From assembly GCF_006345805.1 (NCBI RefSeq), contig NC_043001.1:130758001-130822000 (forward strand): 64,000 nt of DNA, written 5' to 3'. A program made the translations under genes and the position numbers. The DNA is from Octopus sinensis (lineage: Eukaryota). The notes below the pieces were generated by a model, which did not search any database, was not told the origin of the DNA, and was given only the letters and a program-made list of their open reading frames with translations. Shown piece after piece: positions 53,029-64,000 of the stretch; position 1 is the stretch's first letter; every line of letters starts with the position of its first letter.

Positions 53029-53411
53029 GGAAGCACTCCGTCGGTTACGACGACGAGGGTTCCGGTTGATCCGAATCAACGGAACAGCCTGCTCGTGAAA
53101 TTAACATGTAAGTGGCTGAGCACTCCACAGACACGTGTACCCTTAACGTAGTTCTCGGGGATATTCAGCGTGACACAGAGAGTGACAAGGCCGGTCCTTT
53201 GAAATACAGGTACAACAGAAACAGGAAGTAAGAGTGAGAGAAAGTTGCGGTGAAAAAGTACAGCAGGGATCACCACCATCCCCTGCCGGAGCCTCGTGGA
53301 GCTTTAGGTGTTTTCGTTCAATAAACACTCACAACGCCCGGTCTGGGAATCGAAACCGCGATCCTATGACCACGAGTCCGCTGCCCTAACCACTGGGCCA
53401 TTGTGCCTCCA
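53029..53411 (-). mobile_element. SINE family B, full length
   Basis: Near-identical to 2727-3107 and 41996-42305. Confidence 0.92.
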
Positions 53412-53414
53412 GCT

Positions 53415-53850
53415 TTATAATAATAATCTTTTCTACACAAGGCCAGAAATTTTGAGAGGTGTGGACAGTCAATTACATTAATTGAGTACTTAACTGGTAT
53501 TAATGTTGTTGACCCCAAAAAGATTAGAGGTAAATCAACCTTGACAGAATTCAAACTTAGAGTGTAAAAATGGATGCATTTTGTTTAGCATGCTAATGAT
53601 TCTGCAAGCTCAACGCCTTAATAATAATGATAATGGTTTCAAATTTTGGCACAAGACCAGTATTTTCAGAGGAAGGGACAAATCAATAATATCGACTCCA
53701 ATGTTCAACTGGTACTTATTTTATTGACCCTGAAAGGATGAAAGGCAAATTCAGCCTCAGCAGAACTTGAACCCAGAATGTGAAGATGGACAAAATGTCG
53801 TTTAGTGTTTTAACCAGCATGTTAATGATTTTGTGAGTTCGTCATTCTAA
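53415..53850 (-). mobile_element. Two diverged family D copies
   Basis: Each has actggta...ttgacc...aaag...gaa(t/c)t...aac motifs. Confidence 0.65.
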
Positions 53851-53906
53851 CAGCAGCAGCAGCAGTATTAGTAGTAGTAAATAATAATAATAATAATAAC
53901 AATAAA

Positions 53907-53947
<41 letters not shown>

Positions 53948-54007
53948 TGATGATGATGATAATAATAATAATAATAATAACAACAACAACAACAATAATA
54001 ACAATAA

Positions 54008-54088
54008 TAACTACGGCAATTTGAAGTGGGAAATATGAAGGAGAGTAGACGTGATATCAATAGTAAGTGGTGCACTTGGAACTATCAG
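54008..54088 (+). mobile_element. Tiny R4/Dong-like RLE fragment directly after a (TAA)n array
   Basis: Translates YGNLKWEI*RRVDVISIVSGALGTI, the KYxxL...V.PIVIGALG end of the RLE domain. Confidence 0.5.
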
Positions 54089-55234
54089 CACTCTACTAAA
54101 TTTAAATAATACTATAGTAACTGAAATCCAATTTTAGTCCTATTTAATGAAGAATTAGACAATACCATATGCTTAGAGTAGTACAATTTTGAGCAGGTTC
54201 TGGTTTGCAGTGCAGGATCATGCAGAAATTTGAATAATGATAGCTGTTCTTTTAATCATTATCTTGGTACCCACACCAAAGATTCTCACACAGACACCTT
54301 TAGCTAGGTTATAAACCAAAAAAACATCAACCGAGAAAATATGAATAATGGTTTAGGAACTAGATATCCTAATAGAATTACTAAATGTGTAACTGTAGGA
54401 ATGATAATGATGTTCCTTCAAATGGTAGATGTATAACTTAAAAGTTGATATGTAAAACTATAGGCTTGTTTGTTGAATGGTAACTTCTTTGTCATTAACA
54501 CAGTATACCATTGTAGGGTAATTTCATGAACAAGCACTAAGAAACACATTGACTTTACAGCAAATATTCCTAAAAAGCAATTTTATGCATGTTTGCATTC
54601 ATTTAAAAATGTGCTGTTTGTAAACTCATTCTCATTAGCTGAATACGTGTGACATGTCAAAAGTTTAAACACCACAATCATAAATTGGAGCAGAGCATTG
54701 TAAAATTCACAATTACACATGCAGAAGAATGGGGGCATGTTGACTGTGTTGCCTGGGGGCAATAGAAAATATACTCTCTTACAAACTATTTTGCAATGTA
54801 TGTAATAAAGAGATAATTAATTGCAATCACAAAATTCTCTGTAAATTTAAATTCTATTAAAAACGAAAGATAAGATAACTGCTAATTTTACAATTCAGCT
54901 ACCAGGCTAGGTTCTGCTTGTGTTGTTACTTATTTTATACATTTACATTCTTCAACGACTTTTCTGTTCTTTAAAGGTTAAATAATTGAAATTTTATATT
55001 ACTGTGTAATACTTCTGAAGCTTAGGCACTTTGTATTAAATATTGAATAACAGTTTATATTATTTTATACTGTAATTGGATACATATATGTGTAGCTATG
55101 TACATGTATGTCTTTATATGTGTGCTTGTGTGTGTATGTATGCTTATATATCTATGGGGACTGGTGTATATGTATGGTGTTCATATAAATTTGTGTAATT
55201 ATGTAAATTGTATGGCTATGACGATGTATGTATA

Positions 55235-55541
55235 TATCACGTGATCACGTGACCGACCAGACCATCAGATGTTGTTACACATCGCTGGTCACAATGCGTT
55301 CGCATCGTTTTAGCCTTCGAATGACGCCACCCCGCTGGCTAAGCGAGCAGGCCAACAGAAGAAAGAGAGGGAGAAAGAGTGGTGAAAGAGTACAGCAGGG
55401 ATCACCACCCCCTGCCAGAGCGTCGTGGAGCTTTTAGGTGTTTTCGCTCAATAAACACTCACAACGCCCGGTCTGGGAATCGAAACCGCGATCCTGCGAC
55501 CACGAGTCCGCTGCCCTAACCACTAGGCCATTGCGCCTCCA
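55235..55541 (-). mobile_element. SINE family E
   Basis: Matches 14391-14694. Confidence 0.9.
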
Positions 55542-55800
55542 CGCATGTATGTATATAAATACATAAACTTTTGCATTTGAAAATGCATTTATATGTGGCT
55601 ACGGGTGTACATGTGTATTTTTAGGTATGTATAAGCATATATATGTGCATGGCTGTATGTATATATGTGTGAGTTCATAGATATTTATGTGTTGTATGTA
55701 TTTTGTATGGGTTTACCTATATGTGTGCATATATGTATATATTCATATATTACATATACATACATGGGTATGGGCATCTGAGAATATATATATATATATT

Positions 55801-55990
55801 ACAATTACTCAATAGTCAAGATAAAACTCTGAGTTTCAGATGCCGAAGTGGAAATCCACAACACCATCTCTTCAGTTATCTGGCCATCTAATCATCTAAC
55901 TAGATGGCCAGATAGCCGAAGAGATGGGGTTGTGGATTTCCACTTCGGTATCTGAAACTCAGAGTTTTATCTTGTCTATTGAGTAATTGT
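55801..55990. repeat. 90-bp-arm palindrome with a 10-nt spacer (Penelope-like terminus)
   Basis: 55801-55890 and 55901-55990 are reverse complements with 5 mismatches by my count; flanked by (TA)n. Confidence 0.9.
55819..55881 (-). ncRNA. Candidate type I hammerhead ribozyme
   Basis: AGATAA-CTGAAGA-GATG..22 nt..CATC-T-GAAA-CTCAGAG-TT-TTATCT: 6-bp stem I, stem II GATG/CATC with one extra U, palindromic stem III, GUU triplet. Confidence 0.55.
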
Positions 55991-56075
55991 CACATATTAT
56001 TTTACAGATAAATTTCCTCTATTTCCATAATATTGAGGTCTCTTTCTTTCTTTTGTTATCTTACCGTTTTTACCA

Positions 56076-56112
<37 letters not shown>

Positions 56113-56353
56113 TATGTATGAGTATGTACATCTACATGTGTGCATCTATGTGTATATATGCATAAAGAATGCACACACGTGCACACACAGAGTTTATTAG
56201 TTATGAAGCCACATAAATGACTCAAGTTTCTGCAGTTCCACACCAAAGTCTTGTCAAAGCTTGAATCAGTTATATACTTTGCATTACATACTGAGTTCTA
56301 TTTCTGGTGTTTATAAAACGAAATACCAGCCATGCATACTGATACATGCATAC

Positions 56354-56390
<37 letters not shown>

Positions 56391-56443
56391 CATATACTCA
56401 TACCTCCATATATAAATAAAGTTAGGTCAGGAATTTCATCATA

Positions 56444-56723
56444 GGCACAGGTGTGGCTATATGGCAAGAAGCTTGCTTCCCAAACCACATAGCTCTGTAT
56501 TCAGTCCCCCCGTGTGGCACCTTGGGTAAGTGTCTTCTACTATAGTCTCAGGCAAATCAAAGCCTTGTGAGTGGGTTTGATAGACGGAAACTGAAAGAAG
56601 CCTGTCCCGAAATTGCTAGGATGATCCGGTTCTTGACTGAAGATTGAAGGCTTTGAATGTCCCGTCCGTGTTTTTTGTATCGTCTTCTAAAGTTTTACGT
56701 CCTTGTCCCAGTTTGTATTTTTC

Positions 56724-56760
<37 letters not shown>

Positions 56761-57136
56761 CAAGATAAGAAAATGGAGAAATACATCTAAATCAAATATC
56801 AATTACCAGATAATACTCAATCACATACTTTATTAAACCTCCACATAAGAGACTGTAGGGTTAAATATAAAAAGCAGAACAAATCAGTGTACATAAAGGA
56901 ATGTACATGTATAGATTACATCTTACAGCTGTTTCGTCCATGTAGATAAGTATGTCTCATATATATATATAAGGTTAAATTTTCTTATAAAGTAAGTTTT
57001 TAAGTATACTTCACAATACATGGACTGTATTAAGAAGTGCTCATTGCAAACTAAATTGAAGGATAACGGAAATTATAGAAGGAGCACATCTAGGCAATCA
57101 TTACAAATTCCAAAGCATGATTTAAAACACACAATG

Positions 57137-57181
<45 letters not shown>

Positions 57182-57420
57182 AATTTATAAATAAGTGAAC
57201 AAAATTACAAGTAAAAGTCATTTGTGAAAACTATGAATCATGTATGTTAGGTTCAACTACCAAATGGAGGAGTGACAAATGAAGAGATAAAAATTCGAGG
57301 TAAATACTAGGCTTACAAAGAATAAGTCCAGGGAGCAATTTCTTTGAATAAAACCCTTTAAAGCGGAGCTCCAGCAAGGCCCCAGTGAAATGACTGAAAT
57401 AGGTAAAAGAATAAAAGAAC
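56444..57420 (+). mobile_element. SINE family A split at its internal microsatellite by Penelope-like pieces
   Basis: The 5' half ends at 56605 (gaagcctgtc) and the tail resumes at about 57265; in between are TA tracts and segments that include ttacagctgtttcgtccatg. Confidence 0.65.
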
Positions 57421-57469
57421 AGGTTGTTGAGACCAGCTTGTGATACCAGTACAATTAGTACAACAGGTT

Positions 57470-57730
57470 TCATGGTTGAGTGGTTAGTGACTTAACACAC
57501 TCCCTCTGCTACTATTGAGCGGAGGGTGTCTGGACACCCTGCAAGACTAAAAACAAAACCTGTTGAAGGACAGATGAGTTCATTGTGGTCCAATGGCCAT
57601 CCATTTAAAGAAGGAATGGCAAATCACTTCAGTTGTCTATGCCAAGAAAACACAAGAAAGTCAGAAAGAAGTAAAACTATGGTTTGATCTGATAGGAGAA
57701 CTCGAGTTCAGTTGAGAAGACTAAAAGAGT
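57470..57730 (+). mobile_element. Old RTE/Bov-B-type short element
   Basis: gaaggaatggcaaatcacttcagttgtctatgccaagaaaac resembles the ggaatggcaaaccactccagtatcttgcc motif of RTE-mobilised SINEs. Confidence 0.5.
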
Positions 57731-58101
57731 ACAATACATGACAATGACAACGTACAGGATTGTATGAATGGATAGATGGATTATGAACCATTTAACCTGA
57801 AAAATAATATAATTCTAAAATGCATGTCCAATGCAAATAATTATCTTCCTAAACAGTTTTCATCCAAAAATTAAGTATGTTTCAGTAAACATGTAAGAAT
57901 CTGTGAAAGAATGCTTTATATTCTTATATTTATATTTATATTCCTTTTCAAATCTCAAATTATTATTTTTTTCATATTTCTTATATGAAGGAAAAAACAA
58001 AAATCATTTTTCAATTCTAAGCAGTTCTTTATTTTCTTCCCAGTTGATTTTTGATTCAAATAACTTTGCATCTCAGTGAAAGAAATCAAAGAATATATAT
58101 C

Positions 58102-58137
<36 letters not shown>

Positions 58138-59273
58138 ATATATAAAGAAGTATATAAAGCCTCAATAACACAAAAAAATATAAGGAAAAGGTAAAAGAAG
58201 TGCCACTTCCCCTCACCAGCCCCACTCTGTAGCCTAGTATTTTATGGTATTAACTCAATGGTTGTTTCAAAATCAGGTATTTATCCTTTAGTAATTTTCA
58301 AATAATTTGCTGCTACCATTTATTTCATTTCATTAGGAGCTTATGAATTATGTGTGTGTGTGTATATATATATATTTCTTTACTATATATACACATATAT
58401 ATACATACATGTGTGTCTGTAAGTGCATATATGTATGTATATGAGTATACAAATATATGTATATATGTATTTACAGATACACGCACACACACACACGTGC
58501 GCACGCACATATATATACATGTGTGTATATATGTATTATTATGTAGCACCAATCTGAACACTAGCTGTTACCACCACCTCCACCATCACTAAGAGCACTA
58601 CAAACATTCTTCATTATTATTGTTATTATCATCGCCATTGTCATCATCATCATCATCATCGTCATCGTCATCATCATTCTTTGCTTTTCTTTCTCTATAT
58701 TTCTTTCAGACTTATATGTGGGCAAGGTAAATGACAAGTAAAAAAAAAAAAAGAAAAATACAGGGAATTTTGAAAGAGGGTTTGACAATCCTACACTAAC
58801 TTATATAACAGAAAAATGATGCTGATGTAGCAATAATGGTTGTAAGCAGTGGGTGGAGTGGCAGTAATGGTATGGGGTATGGGTAGGTGTTAAGTTGGTG
58901 TTGTGTTGGCAGTGGAATGTGTAGAGAACAAAGTTCGAAAAATACAATGACGGAGCTCTTTTGTAAACTGTTGTGTTGTCTGCAAAGAAATGTGAGATTA
59001 CAGTTAAAGTATTTTCAGTGCAGCTAATCAGTAAGCTCAAAGATTGCATACATCGTATAATAGAAGTGGTAATGCACAAGTAAAGGAGGCCTTTTTTTTC
59101 CGCAACAAAGGCTAAGTCTACATAATTGAGTTCCGTATTTAGAAGATGGCCTCTTGCCTATGGAAAGCTTTAAAACATATTGCTGCAGAAATGTTTGTCA
59201 GAATGAGTTTTTACAAAAAAAAAAACAAAAAACAAAAAGAAAAAAATTCTTTCTTTTCAGTTTTTCTCCACCT

Positions 59274-59321
<48 letters not shown>

Positions 59322-59594
59322 AATATATGTGTATATATATATAAAATATATGTATATATATATATATAAATATGTATATATATATATAAATATATGTATA
59401 TATATTATATATATATATACATATAAATATATATATACATATATATATGCATATATATAGATATGTGTGTGTGCATATGTATGTATAGATGTATCCCCAT
59501 ATTCCAATATTCATATATATGCATATATATATATATATATATGAAAATATACATGCATATATAAACACACGCACATACATACATATACATATAC

Positions 59595-59645
<51 letters not shown>

Positions 59646-60223
59646 TAGAGATAGAGAGATAGAAACATGCATCGTGGATATAAAAGCATTACAAAGGTGA
59701 ATACACACTACAAACATATACAAATATATAAGCAAACGGCGTAAAAACAAAATGCAGAACCAAAACAAACAATAAACAAAAAAAAAGGAAGGAAAACAAA
59801 TTTGTCTACAGTCAATACTGCAACAGAATAGGAAGGTGGGAGTTGAAAGGAAGTGGAAGAGGAAATGCAAAATAATGGCAAATCAAAGAACTATATTTTG
59901 TTGTCATATAATTTCATGTGTCTTATTTTAGAGGTTTTGATTATGTATATATGTATGTATGTATGTATGTACGTATGTATGTATATATGACTATATGTAT
60001 GTATGGTTATATGTATATATGTATGATTATATGTATGTGTGGTGAGTGTGTATGTATGTTGTATGTATGTTTATATGCACATATATGCACATATACACAT
60101 ATATGTGCATGCAGATTTGTATGTAAGCATGGATATTTGTATCAATGTTTCCATGCATGTGCACTTGTAAATATGCATAAGTGTATTTTTGTGTGTGTAT
60201 ATATATACATATATACATATATG

Positions 60224-60270
<47 letters not shown>

Positions 60271-60321
60271 AATATATATATATACATATATATATACATA
60301 TATATATATACATATATATAC

Positions 60322-60388
<67 letters not shown>

Positions 60389-61024
60389 GCATGTTTAAAT
60401 ATATATGAATATATGTATGTGCGTATGGGAGTTTTGGTGTGTGTATGTATGCTTATGTGTTTGTTTCAGGTGTATGTATGTGTGTGTTTGTAAAAATGTG
60501 TTTGTGTGTCTCTGAATGGAGGGAAATAACATGCAGTTGCTTATTTTCACAGATTACTTATAAAACTACAATAACAAGAACAACATTAACGAATGAAGAA
60601 AACAACCAAGCAACATAACAGACAATAGCGAAATATATCATAACAATAGAACACAACAAAACAAAATAAACTACAATAATTTAAAAAAAACAACATTATA
60701 AAAAATCCTTCAGTATTAACAAAAGAAGAGCAATGTAACAACAGCAGCAGCAGCAGGAATAAGAAACAAAACAGCAACAAGCCAGTGAAGTAGTCTCTGT
60801 TCTTCCATGTGAAGTGCTAGATATAGCAGCCAAGGTGTTTGAAATTACATCCTATTGATTTGAAAAAGGAAAGACACATTGGGGTTTTAGCTGTCGTTGT
60901 ACAGACCCAGGTGTGCGTATTTTTTCAGTTAATGAATCTCAGATGGAGAATCTTCGGAATGTCTCACACACCTTCACTGTGCCACTGATAGACTGAATTT
61001 GAAGAATCTGCTTATATAAGAATC

Positions 61025-61421
61025 TGCAAGAGTGGCTGTGTGGTAAGTAGCTTGCTTACCAACCACATGGTTCTGGGTTCAGTCCCACTGCGTGGCACCT
61101 TGGGCAAGTGTCTTCTACCATAGCCTCAGGCCGACCAAATCCTTGTGAGTGGATTTGGTAGACAGAAACTGAAAGAAGCCCGTCGTATATATTTATATAT
61201 ATGTATGTGTGTGTGTGTATATGTTTGTGTGTCTGTGTTTATCCCCCCCCCCAACATCGCTTGGCAACCGATGCTGGTGTGTTTACGTCCCCATAACTTA
61301 GCGGTTCGGCAAAAGAGACCGATAGAATAAGTACTAGGCTTACAAATAAGTCCTGGGGTCGATTTGCTCGACTAAAGGCGGTGCTCCAGCATGGCCACAG
61401 TCAAATAACTGAAACAAGTAA
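61025..61421 (+). mobile_element. SINE family A
   Basis: Complete head, middle and tail. Confidence 0.9.
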
Positions 61422-61792
61422 GTGTGTGTGTGTGTGCGCGCGCGTCAAGTTTCGGCCCCTACTCCTCAATTAGCTGCTGACCCATGCTGACAATAACCAG
61501 AATGAATGACTGGTGACAGCAACACAATGGTCAGCAGCAAACCATAAGACATCTAGTATAATTACACCAAGAAAGTTAACACTCAAACTCTCTCAACATT
61601 TTGTTGTTCATAGTAACAACAATATTTATATTTTCTTATGTACGAAAAGAATAAATATTTTGTTTGTCAAAAATGACAACCTCCTCTAGTGTTCTTTTTC
61701 GGACAAATCTATGTAATCTTTGTAAATGTTCAAAGCTTGCCCAGATCAAATTTGTCATTCATTTACTTCAGGGTTAATAAAATAAAGTACCA

Positions 61793-62024
61793 ATTTCTTT
61801 ACTACCCACAAGGGGCTAAACACAGAGGGGGCAAGCAAGGACAGACAAACGGATTAAGTCGATTACATTGACCCCAGTGCGTAACTGGTACTTAATTTAT
61901 CGACCCCGAAAGGATGAAAGGCAAAGTCGACCTCGGCGGAATTTGAACTCACAACGTAACGGCAGCCGAAATACTGCAAAGCATTTTGCCCGACGTGCTA
62001 ACGATTCTGCCAGCTCGCCGCCTT
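61793..62024 (-). mobile_element. SINE family D, full length
   Basis: Minus strand begins aaggcggcgagctggcagaatcgttagcacg with B box gagttcaaattcc. Confidence 0.9.
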
Positions 62025-62805
62025 ATAAATAATAAAATAATGTACCAATCAAGTACACGTATGGTACTCGACTGCCCTTCTCCCCACAAATTTCTGGTCT
62101 TGTACCTATATCAGAATTGTTCAAGTCTTGGATATAAATGCCTTGCATTATTTTCCTAGCTCTTCACATTCTGAACTTAAATCCCACCAAAATCAACATT
62201 TTCTTTCATTGTTTTAGGGTCAGTCGGTAAAATGAAGTACCAGCCAAATGCTGAGCTTGATTTAATTGGCTAAGCACCCACTTCTGAAGTTTCAGTCATT
62301 GGGTCTATATAAGATGCATTGTTACAATTACCATTCAACAAAGGTAAGAAACTCTGAATCTGTTTGTGCTTCATAATTAGTACATGAATTATTTCCTTTT
62401 ACCTTTTCCCTACTAAGCCTTTCCAACCACAGCCTGTGGTTTTATAGAGCAAAAATACAGTAGTAGAAGTAGTAATAGTCGTGGTGATGGGAGTGGTGGC
62501 TGAGGCAGTAGCAGCTGTAAATAGTAGTTTTCTGCCACTATACAAAGAGGGACATTGTTAAACCTGCTTTACTAATATATCAAAATATTTACCAACATAA
62601 ATTATTAAATGAAGAACTTCATATTCAAGACACCAGCATAGAAATAAGTTGGTGCTAACCAATATATTTTCTGAAGAGTCAGGGTGGAAAGAAGACAAAA
62701 AAATATATAGGAATGGCCATTCTAATAATCTTGAATATCTCAATGCAGCAACATTAAAAAGAGAGAAAATACCCTTGTTCCTCTACTACTACAGGCTAAA
62801 ATTAT

Positions 62806-63224
62806 TTACTCTTTTACTCTTTTACTTGTTTCAGTCATTTGACTGTGGCCATGCTGGAGCAGCGCCTTTAATCGAGCAACTTGACCCTGGGACTTATTCT
62901 TTTGTAAGCCCAGTACTTATTCTATCGGTCTCTTTTGCCGAACCGCTAAGTTACAGGGACACAAACACACCAGCATCGATTGTCAAGCAATGCTAGGGGG
63001 ACAAACACAGACACACAAACACACATATGCATATATATATATATATATATATACATATATACGACGGGCTTCTTTCAGTTTCCGTCTACCAAATCCACTC
63101 ACAAGGCTTTGGTTGGCCCGAGGCTATAGTAGAAGGCACTTGCCCAAGGTGCCACGCAGTGGGACTGAACCCGGAATCATGTGGTTGGTAAACAAGCTAC
63201 TTACCACACAGCCATTCCTGCGCC
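62806..63224 (-). mobile_element. SINE family A, full length
   Basis: Complete head, middle and tail. Confidence 0.92.
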
Positions 63225-64000
63225 TATTTATTTATTTATTTATTTGATTTTTGTTCATAATTGTAGTTTAGAAATTTATAATGGTAGTTTAGGGAAAATT
63301 TTTTCTTGACTTTCTTTGAGATTCATGGTTGTCTTCAGTTTTACCAGTCTCTAAAAATCTGATATTAATTTACTCATAAATGCAACAGTTGTTCCATGTT
63401 TAAGCATTGAAAATACCAATTTCTCAAACTGGTGTGCGTGTATGTACATGGACCTGATGCATACATGTGAGTGAGTATGTTTATATATGTACACATGTGT
63501 GTATGCATGGATGTGTGTGTGTATATATATATATATATATACATGTACATATATATGTGTGTATACATATATATATCAATGTGAATGTGTGACTTTATAA
63601 ATTTTTGTGCAAATTATTACACATGAACAAACACACAGAGACAAAGACATATATATATATACACACACATACACACACACTACACACACATTTATATATA
63701 CATACATATATATGTATGCATGTATATATACACATATGAATATATTTGTGCGTTTTATATGTGTATATCTATGTGTGTATATGTGAGGGTATATTTATAA
63801 ATATTTTGTGTATATATATGTGTGTATGTGCCTTTATAAATGTAGATGTTTTTATATATAAGTTTGTATATTTGTGCATGTGTGCATATGAGAGTGTGTG
63901 TGAAAGTGTATATGCATGTGCATTATTTTATGTTTTGTTGTTTTATTTCTGCAATTATTATGTTTTATTTTGCTTTCTTTTTTTTTTCTATTTCTCAATG

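Noticed and set aside
58940-59080. RT-like FFADNTTVY on the minus strand
   Set aside because: A single short motif lacking the second Asp, with no supporting RT motifs.
62660-62712. Hammerhead-like CTGAAGA-GTC..GAC-AAAA
   Set aside because: No stem III or cleavage triplet; probably chance.

Overview
AT-rich, microsatellite-dense eukaryotic DNA with one 100-N gap (38162-38261). The repeat families look like those of an octopus genome; this is inferred from recognising the repeats, not from a database search. I cannot identify any host protein-coding gene. Most ORFs in the supplied track are low-complexity by-products of (TA)n/(CA)n/(GAT)n/(GGT)n repeats. The real content is mobile DNA: roughly 20 copies or fragments of a tRNA-headed SINE with an internal microsatellite (family A, my label); a group of SINEs that swap heads and tails (B/E/F/G); a further tRNA SINE (D); many RTE-type LINE 3' tails (C); LINE coding remnants (RTE, CR1-like, R4/Dong-like with RLE); a Penelope-like RT remnant; a mariner remnant joined to an RT-deleted Ty3/Gypsy remnant; hAT pieces; and four TTAA-flanked MITEs. 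The most interesting signal is a set of short inverted-repeat units sitting in (TA)n tracts that carry minimal type I hammerhead-ribozyme motifs (15.5 kb, 55.8 kb; decayed at 38.5 and 56.9 kb), probably Penelope-like termini. A few minus-strand candidate exons have good splice sites but no recognisable product. Coordinates of decayed elements are approximate.
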